Numbered from the whole stretch's first letter, positions 25,790 to 39,299 are shown. The stretch is DNA of 63,578 bases, filler included, from Reticulomyxa filosa (GCA_000512085.1; 14 parts of 14 records of this genome joined end to end with filler, not necessarily neighbours in it), one strand, 5' to 3'. Notes: a model not told the origin generated them from the sequence alone. Translations and numbers: made by a program.

Positions 25790-26990
25790 AAAGAACGACA
25801 AATTGTTTTGTCCCCTTTACAATAAAAAAAAATTGATAATGCCATCAAGGCTTGAAAAGCTTTCATGATTCTTTCCATATTCGCCCATAACAAATGAACA
25901 CGGCGAGTTAACCATTCGACAGCTTCAGACGACTTCTTTTTCCCCTTGTGCCAAGATCTCTTTTTATTTTTTTCCGTTAGCTATAAAACACAAAAACAAA
26001 TTAAACTTTTTAATTTTTTTTAAAAAAAGTATACTTTAAAAAAAACTAACTTTTTCTTTTTCTTTGATTTTACGTATCAATTTCTTTTCGGCATATTCTC
26101 TCAACTGGTTGGCATTGTATTCATCGATAGTATTAGCTAAAAACAGGACTACTTTCAAGCATGTCATTTCATCATTAGGTATTTCTTGCTTTCTGGTCCA
26201 AGTGAGTTTCTGCTTGTTCAGCAGTTCACAATCATTTAGTTTTTTTTCATTTTTTTTTTTTTCTTATAAATAATTTCCACTTCCTCTTTGTCGTTGCCTT
26301 TACGTCGTCCACCTCCTAAATAAATAACCGGAATAAAAAGAAGTTTTTTTCTTGTCTCAAAAAAAAAAAGTAGAAACACTTCCCCCCAACAGTGTGTACG
26401 TATATCAAAAACGGATAAAACACAAACACATAAACCTTTTCTTTTTCTTTGATTGTCAATAAATTAACCGGAAATGCTATAAATTGCGAGAGTTTTTTAA
26501 TAATTTCTTTTATAGTTTTTCCCTTACAAAAGTTTGCGCAATTATCTAAGTTCAAATTTATCTCAGTTTCCCGTTTTATCTTGTACGGGTTATCGCCATC
26601 AACACAAACCCTGAAAGTGCCGCTTGCAGTACTTTCACACAAATGTTGTTCATCATCGTCGTTGTCACTTATTACCACTACGCGCTCACTCATTAAATAG
26701 GCACTATAAAAGCCAACAAACTGGTCTTCAATCAATTGTTTTGTGCCAATTATGGCAATTGTCCCAAGGTTATTCACAACATTTACTTTCATCATCCCGA
26801 TCCCGGTATATCTTATTAACAACAGCTTTTCGTCGGGATCGGGTAAAACTTCAATTTTAAATTTTTTATCTTTATCAAACACTTCAGGGTTCGTTGGCGA
26901 TACATATCTTACTTTGTCAAGCGCATTACTCTCATTTGATATTAACTCGCTAGAGTAAACGGCATTAGTCATTAATCTATTTTTTATCAT
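25790..26990 (-). pseudogene. HSP90: Cytosolic HSP90 pseudogene with multiple internal deletions
   Basis: ELISNESNALDKVRY, YTGIGM (canonical DTGIGM), NNLGTIA, VGFYSAYL, IIKKLSQFIAFPV. LNKQKLTWTR is joined almost directly to VVLFLANTIDEY. ANMERIMKA follows with frameshifts. Confidence 0.85.
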
Positions 26991-27051
26991 AAATAAGTTT
27001 TTTTGTTATAAGTATACGTTTTTTTTGTTATACATACGTTGTTTTTTTTTT

Positions 27052-27151
27052 NNNNNNNNNNNNNNNNNNNNNNNNNNNNNNNNNNNNNNNNNNNNTTAAT
27101 TAATTAANNNNNNNNNNNNNNNNNNNNNNNNNNNNNNNNNNNNNNNNNNNN
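27052..27151. other. Artificial contig spacer
   Basis: N44-TTAATTAATTAA-N44. Confidence 0.97.
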
Positions 27152-27189
<38 letters not shown>

Positions 27190-27193
27190 AACA

Positions 27194-27907
27194 TTACTCA
27201 ACGTCATGCTCGAACCAATTGGACACATAAAACACTCCTTCACTATCTGGAATAACTGCTAAGTCGTTCAAGTAAGTCCACTGGTCGTTGGTCACACTTC
27301 CAAAATACTCTAATTCGATTCCAGACGATGAATTAGCTACTTTGAAGATGGACACAAATTCTCCATCTCTGCGATGGTTGATTACAAATATCCATTCGTC
27401 TTCCTTCGGTGTCTTATTTTTGACGGCAAAGATGCCATGTGGGTGAAAGTCGGAACCTTCGTATCCCCGGATTGGGATTCCTTCCAGTCGAGTTTGCTCT
27501 TTGTTCAATCGTCTCATCTCCCCAAATCCGGTTCTCTCTGTCACCTCTATCGCACGTTCTCTCCATGGTAATTTACTGTAGATTGCGCCATAATGAATGT
27601 ACTCTTTTATGAAGTCGCATCCAAAAATAAACGTTCCATCTTTTGTGTTTATGTATATTTGGTCAATGGCCGAATTCCAACATACAACTGGTACAAAAAA
27701 AAAAAGTTTAGAATTTGATTGAATTTTCAAACCTGATAATGTTACCACGTCTTCACACGGTTTATTGTTCAAAACCCGTTTACAATTTTCAATATGTTTC
27801 GACTCAAATGGATCAAATTCACCCATTTTGTAACCCATGTACACAATATAAGCTGGCACTGCCAAAATGACAACCACCAGTGATTGCAAACATATACCTA
27901 ATGCCAT
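27194..27907 (-). CDS. Paraoxonase/arylesterase-like six-bladed beta-propeller hydrolase, 3' truncated
   Basis: N-terminal signal anchor; CEDV, FHPHGI, IFVINH, LNDLAV, FYVSN motifs typical of the PON family. Confidence 0.8.
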   Translation of the reverse strand: MALGICLQSLVVVILAVPAYIVYMGYKMGEFDPFESKHIENCKRVLNNKPCEDVVTLSGLKIQSNSKLFFFVPVVCWNSAIDQIYINTKDGTFIFGCDFIKEYIHYGAIYSKLPWRERAIEVTERTGFGEMRRLNKEQTRLEGIPIRGYEGSDFHPHGIFAVKNKTPKEDEWIFVINHRRDGEFVSIFKVANSSSGIELEYFGSVTNDQWTYLNDLAVIPDSEGVFYVSNWFEHDVE

Positions 27908-29379
27908 TTTTTGTTTTATGGTAAAGTTTCCACGGTTCTATAAATCCCTTTATCTATTTTACACCTTTTTTGAAAACAGCCAATCTACGATACCCAAATA
28001 AATTAATAATAGCCACAAAATGCGAATTTTTTGAGACAACAAACACGAGTGCTCGAAAGTGTGGAACCATTCACAAGCTACTATATTTTCCTATTCTTCG
28101 ATAGTAACACATTTAATAATATTTAACTCCCTTTAACGAGAGTATTTTTCATTTACAAAACTATTTTTCCATTTTCCCCAGCACGCTAGTAACAACAAAG
28201 GATTACCTCTAATAAAAGTCTGTGCTAATACCAGAAGAGAACAGGACAAAAACTATTTTGAATCTCTTCCTCTATGTTGTCCAAAAAAAGAAATTTCCTG
28301 GAAAAACTTCAAAGATTTTTCTTAGAGAAACAATAACCAGCAAAAATATAATCACACATATTATTGGCCACATCCGATTGCTCACCAAGAGCGACAATCA
28401 ATATATAACATTTGTTTAGAATGCGTGCGCCCGCGTGGTGAAAATTTCTATATGTTAGCAGTACATATTGATTTTATGTCCACCAAACAACAGACTAACG
28501 ATAAAAAATGGTAAACAATAAAGAACTAAGTGTAAATGCAGAACATTATGATGCTAGCTTTAACTTCATGCAATTTAAATAACAAAGAATATATGTTTGA
28601 AAACATTGTGGAGATCTTAAGCTACACATGATAACTCACTTTGCAAATAAAAGAGAAATAACTCATATCCACTTATAAAAACTTAACTATGACAGATAAA
28701 AAAATAAAAAATATGGAACTGACCCTTTTTCGAAAACTATTCCGTTCGTCAGTCTGTTTTAATGGAAAATATAACAAGAAAATTGCTCTTGCCTGTAATG
28801 AGAGTACAAACGTATTTATTTGCAAAAGCTCAAAAAATGTTGTTAACAGCTTGCATTTTATGTTACACAATAAGCACAAGCATTATATTGCAGTATTATT
28901 AGCAAAAAAAAGAAACAAAAAATTAGCTTATTGTCGTTCGCGTCTCTTTCTTTCCCCCCTATCATTGGGACACTAATACAAAAACAGTTTACAAATAAAC
29001 AAAATAAATAAGCAATAGAAATATTTGTGACAAAGTTAACTCAAATAACACAAATAACATATGAAAACACAAACCCAACAACAAGCAAAAACTTTAAAAT
29101 CAAGTATTCTTACGTCATGTCGTTGATTTTGATATAAAAAGTTCAAACATTTTCATCTTACACATCTAACTCAATCTCAAACGAGTGGCAAAAGAATGAT
29201 CACTTTTAGTAGTGAAAAACAAACTCCAATGTAGCAAGCATTGGTAAGCTTCAGTTTAATCTTTCAGAAGCAAGTTTTGCCTGTGTTACTAATAAATTTA
29301 TTGTATTATGTTATTTTTTTTCAAATGAAAGTCAAAATATTCAAAAATTTATTTCCTTTTTTGTAACAAATATGTAACA

Positions 29380-30090
29380 TAGGCATCCACGGTATTTCAT
29401 TTTGTTCAAAGTCTAAATTAATCAAAACATTTCATGACACAAAATTGGTAACTAGTATTGATTATCCAACATTTGATTGCGATCAACTCATTTGTTCTGG
29501 GTTAATCGATAAAACAGTTCGTATATATGATTTAGAAACAAACAAACAGATTCAATTATTTGAAGGACATTCAAGTGAAGTAAGTTGTGCGAAATTTTCA
29601 CCATATCGGTATCATAATAACCGTCGTGGTGTTATTTGTTCGTCATCAGATGACAATAAAATTTATATTTTGGGATATAAAAGATAAACAACAATTGAAA
29701 ATATTAGATCGACACAAAAATAGTGTTTGCGGCATTGAATTTTCATCATTTAATGGTAGTAGATATTTTTGCTCTGAATCAGAAGAAACAGTTTACGTAT
29801 GAGATTCAAATTTCAATAAACAAATCCAATTATTTAATAGATATCATTATCACAATCGTTATCACGTTTGTTTTTCATCAGATGATAAAGACATTCATTT
29901 TTGGGATATTAACTATTAGAAATATCCACTAATTGTGTGATTAATATTTGTGTTCTGGATTTGGTGGCGATACAATTCGTTTGTAGGATATTCGATCAAA
30001 ATAAGAAATAGAAGGAATTATAGGTGTCTTAAATTTCCAAAATTGAAAATAACAATGATAAAAGTTGTCGTATAAACCTGTGTTATAATT
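29380..30090 (+). pseudogene. WD40-repeat pseudogene
   Basis: VTSIDYPTFDCDQLICSG, FEGHSSEVSCAKFSPY, VICSSSDDN, VCGIEFSSFNGSRY; repeated frameshifts and stops. Confidence 0.85.
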
Positions 30091-31199
30091 TGTAGTCCAA
30101 GCCTTATTTAGTGCCAAGGTTCAAGTGAATCTTAAAATCCTTTTTTCTCAAAATTTTTCTACAAAACTTACTTCTTACTTTCTGTCTTTTATTTTTCTAT
30201 TTTTGTCGTTGTTACCATTCCTATTTTTACTGACTTAAATTTATTCGTTTTTTCTTACTGAAAAGTATCTCATAGAAAGAGATTTTCTTATTACACTTTG
30301 TGCTAATCGAGTAATGGTTCACAACTTCATACAATATTGTTAGCATTTGGAGATAAGATCGTTTTTTCAACAACAATTTTTGACAAATTTGAATGAACTG
30401 GCTCTAACTTTTTCACAATAAATCAAATAAAATATTGTGCAATGATTATGGCCTTATTATGATATTTACAAATAAATTGATAATAATTTATCTCTACTTT
30501 ATAATAAATAATTGTTGCTTATGTTTAATCGATCTATCTTTCAAATGAATTCTTGATATTTTAGTAATTAATCATGTTGTTGCAATTGCTACTACAGATG
30601 CATTACCTAACTACAGCCATTATTTGAAGCGAATTTGTTTAAAATGGACGATGGATGACAATTCAATTTGTCATATCGCCATTATCATCAAAGTGGTCAT
30701 CTTTTAAAAATATTTTGAGCAAATGAAAAGGTGCAAGAGTGCAAAAGTAAAAAAATATAAATGTGAAAATTGGCAAGATATCAAATTGAATTATAATATT
30801 GGAAAGACAAAATGCACATTAACAAAAGTAATTTTCTTAGCTTTTTTTTAATATCAAACTGTCATGGACTTCCATTGAAGTACATGACATGTTTCCAATT
30901 CACTGGCGGCTAACCAAATTTTGTCATTTTATTTTTACGATAATCGACAGCAATGTTCAAAAATTGATTTGTGGTCCATGCGTTTTCGAGGAGGAACGAT
31001 TTTTTGTTTGTTTATTTTCTTCTGTCGAATGAAAAAAAAATTGGATCAACAAAAAAAATTGAATGGAGCCGGCAAAAAATGGAGTTGAATAAAAAGTTGT
31101 AATTTTTTTCTAGTAATTTATTGTCTTTGTCTATTGCTTCCAGTTTGATTGCACAGGGACAACAGAAACAAAACAGATACGTTTGATATTAGTCAATAC

Positions 31200-32221
31200 G
31201 AAAAGATGGGTTGATGATTTAAATATGATTATTTTACGATATATTTTAGTATGTTTTTTTTCCATTTATGCGTGTACTCTTTCTTTTTTTTTTTTTTTGA
31301 ATATTTCAATTTTACAATAAAATGTACAGTTACAATATTTCAAACCATTAAACGTATTTCGAGGACATTCTGGATGTGTAAATAGCGTAAATATTTCTCC
31401 TGACAATACTAAAATTGTTTCGTCTTCTTATGATAAGACAATTCGAATATGGGATATTAAATTGGGAAAAGAAATTGGACAATTAAAGGGACATTTAGAT
31501 CCTGTTAGCGATGCACAGTTCTCATCAAATGGAAATATGATTGTATCATGTTCTAGTGATAAAACTGTTCGATTATGGGACACAAAATTATATACACAGA
31601 TAAAAATATTTAAGGGACATTCAAATTATGTAACAAAAGTACAATTTTCATTCGATGGAAAAAACATTGTATCGGGTTCATGAGATAATACAATCCGAAT
31701 ATGGGAATATACAAACTGGACAAGAAATAAAAATATTGAAAGGACATTTAAATCATGTAAACAATGTACAATTTTCATCAAGTGATCAACATATTTTATT
31801 GTCATCAGATGATCGTATCATTATAATTTGGAATATTGAATCAGGTGAAAGATTAAATGAATTAACAATAAGATCTGGTTGTTTAATGAAAGTAAAATTT
31901 TCTCCTAATTGTAATTCTATTATTTCATGCTCGACAGATAAAACAATTAGAGTGTTGGATATAACAACAAAAAAACAGATCAAACAATTAAACAGATATT
32001 CTGATGTAATCAATGATGTAAAATATATGCCAAATTCACAAATTATTGTGTCATGTTCAGATGATAAAACAATCCAGTTATGGGATGAACGATTAGGAAT
32101 TGAAACACAAAAATTGAGAGGACATTGTAATGAAGTTACAGGAATTGATATTTCTTTAAATGGTAATGTCATTGCATCATCTTCTAATGATAGAACAATT
32201 CGATTGTGGAAATTATTGTGA
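31200..32221 (+). pseudogene. WD40-repeat gene (about 7 repeats) disrupted by a stop and a frameshift
   Basis: GHSGCVNSV...SYDKTIRIWD, GHLDPVSDAQFS...DKTVRLWD; TGA at 31681-31683 and a frameshift near 31705. Confidence 0.8.
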
Positions 32222-32789
32222 CATAAGAAATTATCTAAATTATTAATGTGTGCTTTCACATTTTTTTAATCAATCTTTTTTATTTGACCACTTTTGGGTA
32301 CATTCAATATTCAAACACTTAAAACGTGGTCCTACTTAATCTATACAAAAACGAATCCATTTGTTGCATTATTTTAAAACAATTTAATCTGAAAGCGTTT
32401 GGAAAAAAAGACAATAACTCTTTTTCAATGAGATTTTGCAAAGTTGTAAAGAAAAGTGTTGAAAAAATAAAAATGAAAATGGAAATGATATTATTGAGTG
32501 AATTGCATAATCAATTCATTTAATAAATATTTACCCAAATCTAAAGAGATAGTTATATTTGTTTCTGATCTTTGTTGTGCTATTCTATTTTGAGTAAGTT
32601 CAATCACCAGAGTTTAAGAAATATTGTTATTGACGTATATTAATAGAAAAAAGTTACATTAATGCTTCTAAGAAACCTTAGCGTGTAGCAAGTGGCCGAC
32701 ACTTAGCTTGTGACCGTTGGAGAAGGATGAATTTTTCATTTAGAAAACCCCTCTCATTATATCAATGTCGATTGCATCAAATCTGAATA

Positions 32790-33609
32790 GTGGACCTTTC
32801 TTCATACATGTTGTGGTTAGCCCAACTTCTTTTGTTGAATCTTGCTCTGTACTTTTTCCGTGTCATTTTATATTTTCCACTTATTTTTCAAAAAAAAAAA
32901 GAAACATCCAGGACTGTTTTGGACAATCGAAAGAGGAAGTAAAAAAATTGGTGCGTCGTTAATTCAGCAACAATTACAATCCGATGCTATAGACACAAGC
33001 AAATTGAAAACAGCAGAAGATACAGATCAGCAAAGAACAACACTAATGTTTCCGGCCAATGACACATCAGACGTGCTCAGCCCTCCAAAAAAACATAAGC
33101 GTGTGAAAATCAAAAAAACAAAGAAATTGTCATCTGATACATCTCAACAATTTAAATTATATCCCGTACAAAATGGAGTATATTATCGAATCAAATGTGT
33201 GAACAGTGGGTTATTTTTAGAATCTAAAAGTAACACAGGCAAAGCAAATATTGTACAAAATCGACAAAATAAAACTGACAATCAATTATGGCAATTTCAA
33301 ACACTTCCGGATGGGAGTTATCGAATAAAAAATAAATACAGTAACAAATATTTATGTGTGTTTCGAGGTTTTAATAACAAAGTTATTAAAACTGAAGGAT
33401 CGCCTATTGTTCAACAAGAATGGCAAAATAAATGCCATTTTCAATTTCGGCTTATTTCTGTTACACACAAGTCTGTCACTCGTAAAGAACGTCATATCAC
33501 TGATGATGATGTTGAGGGTCATAGTGGTGTTATCGTTGCTCTTGTTGGGGTTGTTGTTGCTAGTGCCGCTTTCTTTTATTACAGAAGATCTCGACAAAAA
33601 GAAACCTAA
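32790..33609 (+). CDS. Ricin-B (R-type) lectin domain protein with C-terminal transmembrane tail; 5' end uncertain
   Basis: YYRIKCVNSGLFL, NQLWQF, GSYRIKNKYSNKYL, PIVQQEW, FQFRL; terminal TM GVIVALVGVVVASAAFFYY followed by RRSRQKET*. Confidence 0.75.
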
Positions 33610-33694
33610 TCTTCAACATTTTTTTTACTCGATTCAAATTTTTGCTTGCCTCAAATATCCGTTTGAATTCAAAAAAATGTAAGGCAAATTTACA

Positions 33695-33794
33695 NNNNNN
33701 NNNNNNNNNNNNNNNNNNNNNNNNNNNNNNNNNNNNNNTTAATTAATTAANNNNNNNNNNNNNNNNNNNNNNNNNNNNNNNNNNNNNNNNNNNN
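33695..33794. other. Artificial contig spacer
   Basis: N44-TTAATTAATTAA-N44. Confidence 0.97.
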
Positions 33795-34569
33795 ATGATA
33801 CCGTTTTATGCGTTCAGTTTTCTTTGCAACCTACTGTATATGCTTTGCTGCATTGATGTGAATATGCGCTTTATATCACATTTTATTAAAACATGTCAGT
33901 TGACTAAGTTTGAGTCAGATTATGACCAATTATGTTGATATTTTTTTACATAACCTAACTTACAAACAAATAGTTGCATGTATTCGTTGCAATCACACTA
34001 AGTTTAGTACGAAAGGAACTTAGTTCAGAATACAAGTTTCAGTAAAAAGAAAGTAAATTAATAAGAAATAATTACAACAAAAAGTAGACCAAGAGAAAAA
34101 GTGCGTTATGTGTGAAGAATTTTAGTCCACTGGGGGCTCTAAGGTTCCATTGGAACTTTGGAACCTGTAACAGGGATTTACCATACATCTGGATAATGCT
34201 TTTTCTTGTTGAGTTTTGATATTGTCAGGATTGTTTATATGTAATGACAATGAAGACGTTCTACCTTTTCCTGTGAGAAAAACAATACAAATCTACAAGT
34301 ACAAATGTGCAATATACGCATCTTAGATGTATATTGTCACTTTCTGCATATAACCAAAAATTTTGGCAAACGGTTCCTTTTTTTTTCTAGTTTGTGAAAA
34401 CATTAATTACACATTGTGGATTTGTGGAAACAAAACGGAGGGGCACGGAAAAAAAAAATTCACCCATAACCGGAACAATTAGACGGTTGTGAACGGTCTT
34501 TCCGCGCGTTTTGAGTCAATTGTGTTTCATTCCTTGTGTATTTAGTAGTTTGTCGTTCCACTTGTAGAA

Positions 34570-35870
34570 ATGGGCTTGCTGACTGAGGGAAAACCGCTAA
34601 GTTGGGGAGAGAGTAAAAAATATCTTGAATATGTGAAAAAGCACGGTGTGGAGCAATTTATCAATATATGGAAACAATGCCACATGCGTTCATGCGATTC
34701 ATTCAAATGGGGCGATGAGCTTGAGTACTTGCTTGCATATGTTCCACCAAATACTCGTGTGTGCAGGCTGTCTCTCCGTGGAAGAGAGATCGAAAATTCT
34801 GTCAATGAGGCACTAAAAACTAAGTTAACCAGAAGGAAAAAAAAAAGGGACGAGTACTTGAACATAAAATACATCGACCTGATAAAAGATGCACAGATAA
34901 CTAGTTGCACATAAAAAAAAAAAAAAAAAAAGCAATACCTAAAAACATACACACATAACATAGCGAAAGCAAAATGGAAGAACGGGAACGAATGGTGGTT
35001 CATCCAGAATATGGAAGTTTCATGATCGAATCAACACCAGCAGTTCCCTACGGAGAACAAGGATGTAGCTTATTGTTTGTGGAATACAACATGAATGCCC
35101 GTCGACGTTGGATCGAACAGGCACTAACTCCAAACGAAAAGCTTGTCGCAATGACTGCATTTCCGACATTGGGTGTGGGTGTTCACACCTACCCTTATGT
35201 CCCGCCAACAGGACCCATTGCACAGTCCTCGTTCATCGCAGATACCGTCATTAATTCTCATCCGAGATTTGGGTATGCCTTTGCGTGTGCGTGCTTTTTT
35301 TTTTTTTTTTTTTTTGGAAGGGACAGACAGAAAGTGAATGGTCTTGTATTTGCGGGGTGTTGCTTGTATTGACCACTTTTGAATGCAAAAAGAACGCTCA
35401 CTCGAAATATTCGGCTGAGACGCGCCAAAAAAGTCGATATCCGAGTCCCTTTGTATCGAGACAAACACACACCCGTCGATGAAAAGGTTTGTCTTACGTG
35501 CCATTTCTCACAACACACAGTCTGACTTGGCTGTTTATTGCTGCACAGGATATACACATGGATGCGATGGCCTTTGGGATGGGCTGTTGCTGTCTGCAAG
35601 TTCTGCATTTACATTTCCGACTTTCTTGTTTGCAAGAAACTATCTTTTTTTTAAGCAGTGAATTGTGATTTGATCAGACAACCTATCAATGCCGAAATGT
35701 CCGTGAAGCGCGACATTTGTACGACCAATTGGCCGTGCTGGGCCCTGTTATGATGGCTTTGTCTGCTGGTACTCCATTTCTCCGTGGCAAAGTGTCCGAC
35801 TGGGATTTGCGATGGAATATCATTTCCCAATCTGTTGACGACAGAACAGATGGCGAAAGGGGACTTGCAG
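34570..35870 (+). CDS. GCLC: Glutamate-cysteine ligase catalytic subunit, 3' truncated
   Basis: [95 protein letters not shown]. Confidence 0.95.
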
Positions 35871-35961
35871 TTGCGTGTTTGTTCGTTTGTTCGAATTGGG
35901 ATTGAACAAAAAAAAAAAACACACACTTCCAAAAAGGAAGGATGGATGATGTAATGTTGCT

Positions 35962-36061
35962 NNNNNNNNNNNNNNNNNNNNNNNNNNNNNNNNNNNNNNN
36001 NNNNNTTAATTAATTAANNNNNNNNNNNNNNNNNNNNNNNNNNNNNNNNNNNNNNNNNNNN
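35962..36061. other. Artificial contig spacer
   Basis: N44-TTAATTAATTAA-N44. Confidence 0.97.
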
Positions 36062-36069
36062 CGATTTAT

Positions 36070-37150
36070 CATTAATACTTTGATAACCATTTTGCAATAT
36101 TGCACAAAGTGTCAATGACCAAAAAAATATTTTTTTAAAAAAATATACATATACATATACATATATGTATACGTATATGTAACTCTGCGCTGTCGCACCA
36201 AAGAAACCAGTGATACATACTGTTGCATTGTCATAAACTTGTTGCCATCGGTCAACGTCGAAAAGATCGTGAGCAGCTTTTGATCGTCTTTCAACAGGTC
36301 TTCGAACAGGCGCTTGTCTTTTTCGAGCAAAGGCTTTTGGGCGCTTTGTTCGTCCAACAGCGCTCGCATCGAGTCTTTCCAAGCCGCAAAGGAAATTGGC
36401 TCGTTCCAGTCTGTTGTATAGCGAGTTGTAGCTCTTTCACGGAACAATGATTCCTTTTTTTTTTTTTTTTTAAATAATAATAAATAAAAAAAAAAAAGAT
36501 GTGGATGTCCCTTTTTTTTTTTTTTTTTTTTTTTTATTAGTAATAATAGTTTGCTAATGTTGTTGCTATCACCTTCGTATATCTGCTGCGATGACTTCGA
36601 TCACGGACTCGTCCCTGAGCCATGGACGTATCCAAATGCTTATTTGTGGTGTCGTCAATCGGAGTAATGTCGTACCCCTCTTCTTTGGCCAACGTCTCAC
36701 CGGCGTCGTCGTCCGTCATCACTTCGGTGCTGCTTTCAATGGACGGATATTTCAGAGAATTGCCGTCGTTGGGTCTGTAGCTCTTGGCACGTGACTTGGC
36801 TCTCTGTCGCGGCGACAATTGTGGTTTGGTGCGCGCACCGGCCACGTGCTTGGATCCACTGGTCGTCTGAATCGGTGGAGGGACCTTGGACGAAGACCCG
36901 TTCTCCATGGCACTGCTCTTGTTCTCGTGCTTCGGACTGCTGTTGGTGTTGTCAAACCTCTTCGACATGTCCTTCACAGACTTCCCCTCGTTCCATATGC
37001 TGGTGCTCACCACCCCGTTGGGCATGTGCTCACCGTTGCCATGGACACCTTCTTTCGTCGTTCTTCCGTCCGTTCGATTCCTTGTCAACACCGGTTTCTT
37101 TGTCAACTGACGCGTGTTGTTGCTTTCTTTGTCTCCAAGGGGTGTTGATG
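36070..37150 (-). CDS. Internal exons of a hypothetical protein (disordered region followed by a helical domain)
   Basis: GC-richer exons (ORFs 36537-37106 and 36112-36447) bounded by A/T-tract introns; no family recognised. Confidence 0.6.
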
Positions 37151-37217
37151 GAGTGCTTTTGGATATTCCATTGTTGTTATTGTTATTATTGCTATTATTA
37201 TTATTATTATTATTATT

Positions 37218-37317
37218 NNNNNNNNNNNNNNNNNNNNNNNNNNNNNNNNNNNNNNNNNNNNTTAATTAATTAANNNNNNNNNNNNNNNNNNNNNNNNNNN
37301 NNNNNNNNNNNNNNNNN
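37218..37317. other. Artificial contig spacer
   Basis: N44-TTAATTAATTAA-N44. Confidence 0.97.
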
Positions 37318-37397
37318 ACATACATATTATATATGCATATACATACATATATATATATATATATATACATATATATATGTATGTATATGTATATATA
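37318..37397. repeat. (AT)n/(ATAC)n microsatellite in intron
   Basis: Alternating purine-pyrimidine tract at the contig edge. Similar tracts at 36145-36180, 38185-38275 and 56078-56137. Confidence 0.9.
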
Positions 37398-37399
37398 AA

Positions 37400-39003
37400 G
37401 AGTTGGCAGACAGACTCAAAATTTCTGGTATCAATAAATGGTTGAAATCTCATTTGACATTTATCTTGGCGTACAATTCTCCATTGCTAAACGCATCTGA
37501 TACGGCGAGCGTGTCGAAAGGGGAAGAGACGTTGTCGGGCGTGTTGTCGAAATTTGGATGGTCGATCACTATGATTTTCCCGAAAGTAATTCAAAGTGAA
37601 TTACCCAATTTGGTAATATCGATCATTGATTTTTTTGTGAATGAATACATTTGCTTTGACGAATCGTTTGAAAAGACGTTGCACTATGTGTGCAATTCCT
37701 CTGGTGTCGACAGCGTTGGACAGCTGTTAACGAGCGACTTTGGGGCACATGTCTATTCAATACTGTTGCATATACGACAGCGATTGGAAAAAGAGTTGCC
37801 GGAAGCAAGAGACGACGTGGATGAGTTTTTGTCCGTCCGTCCGGATTTCTCCGCGATAAGGTTCAATGAACGTGTGATAGCGCTGTTGCACGTGCTGCAC
37901 GTGCTCACCGAAGAGCTGAAAAGCCAGCACTCGGAATCGTTCCTCTACGCCAGTACATTGCGAATGTTTGTCCATCTTTGGTGTTGGATATTGCACAAAT
38001 GCGATCACATTATCCCGACTGCGGCAAAGTGCATGACTTTTTTAAAAGACCGATGTCACGTCTGGCAAAGCAATCATTACTTGTTGCATCGATCGTGTGA
38101 TATTGCCAAATATTTATTGAAAGCAATGGAAAACATTGTAATATTTGTTCAAGTTTTTTTTTTTGAGACTCTGTCGATTTGATTGACATATATACATATA
38201 TATATGTATGTATATGTATATATATGTATATGTACATATATATATATGTGTATACATATGTGTGTGTGTTTATATAAAGGATTGCGATCAATTGAAGGAA
38301 TCGGATTATCAAATCAGTGATATCTCCCATTTAGTGTTGGCAATGGTTACGTACGTGGGACGGGTGGAAAGAAGAGAGTGCCTTGGCCTCACCCACCAAG
38401 GGACGACAAGCGAGGCGCTGGACATTTTGAAGCCGATATTTTTGATGATGGTGCGGTCGTCGTCCCAATTCATTCGGCATTGCGTGTGCGAAATAGACTT
38501 TGTGCCGATTAGTTTGGAATGCAATAAAGATATCGTCGCCTTTGGCGAAGAGATCGCCGAGTCTTTCCTCCTGCTGCAAAAGCACTGCAACTCGACGCTC
38601 GTCAACGAATTGCAAAAATTCCAGTCCTTTTTTCAAGACATCAAAATCAAGTCGAGTGGCAAGATGCGTCCGCTAATCGAAATGCGCTTGAAATATTTGC
38701 TGGCAAGTTTCCGTCAATCCCAAAGCGTCCACATCCAGCAAGTCTTACAAACTTGTGCAGCGTTGGTGAGTTACATTGTTCAAATCTTGATCAAGCTGTG
38801 TGGCAAAGGTACAACACAACCAATCACTTTTTTTTTTTTTTTTTTTTTTTTAAGTAGCTATATGAATACCAAAATAATTGAAAAAAAAAAAAAAAGGAGG
38901 AACAATTTCACAATTAGCCGTGGAATGCCTGTCGCACCTTGGATTGATGCACCCATCGACTTTCAATGAATATAAAGCCCTGCGACGTGTCGATGTCATG
39001 AGT
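37400..39003 (+). CDS. Internal exons of a large all-helical (HEAT/ARM-like) hypothetical protein
   Basis: Two long Leu-rich ORFs (37403-38182 and 38208-38969) separated by an (AT)n intron. The fold is inferred from composition only. Confidence 0.6.
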
Positions 39004-39103
39004 NNNNNNNNNNNNNNNNNNNNNNNNNNNNNNNNNNNNNNNNNNNNTTAATTAATTAANNNNNNNNNNNNNNNNNNNNNNNNNNNNNNNNNNNNNNNNN
39101 NNN
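39004..39103. other. Artificial contig spacer
   Basis: N44-TTAATTAATTAA-N44. Confidence 0.97.
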
Positions 39104-39299
39104 TGAATTACCTTGTGCTTTATATATAAATATATGACAAGTAACTTATATAACTTCATCTTCACTGATATTGCAATTTGATCTCGTTTGTTGTCTTAAG
39201 GTGAAATTATACAATATAATATAAAAATACTGAATAATTAGTGCGATTGTTAATTTGGTTATTTTAAAAAATTAAAAATATTATAACTTTTATGTATAT

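Noticed and set aside
17402-31683. TGA-to-Trp genetic code reassignment
   Set aside because: TAG also replaces Trp, the affected genes also carry frameshifts, intact genes use TGG for Trp, and TGA serves as a normal stop (e.g. at 183 and 3215).
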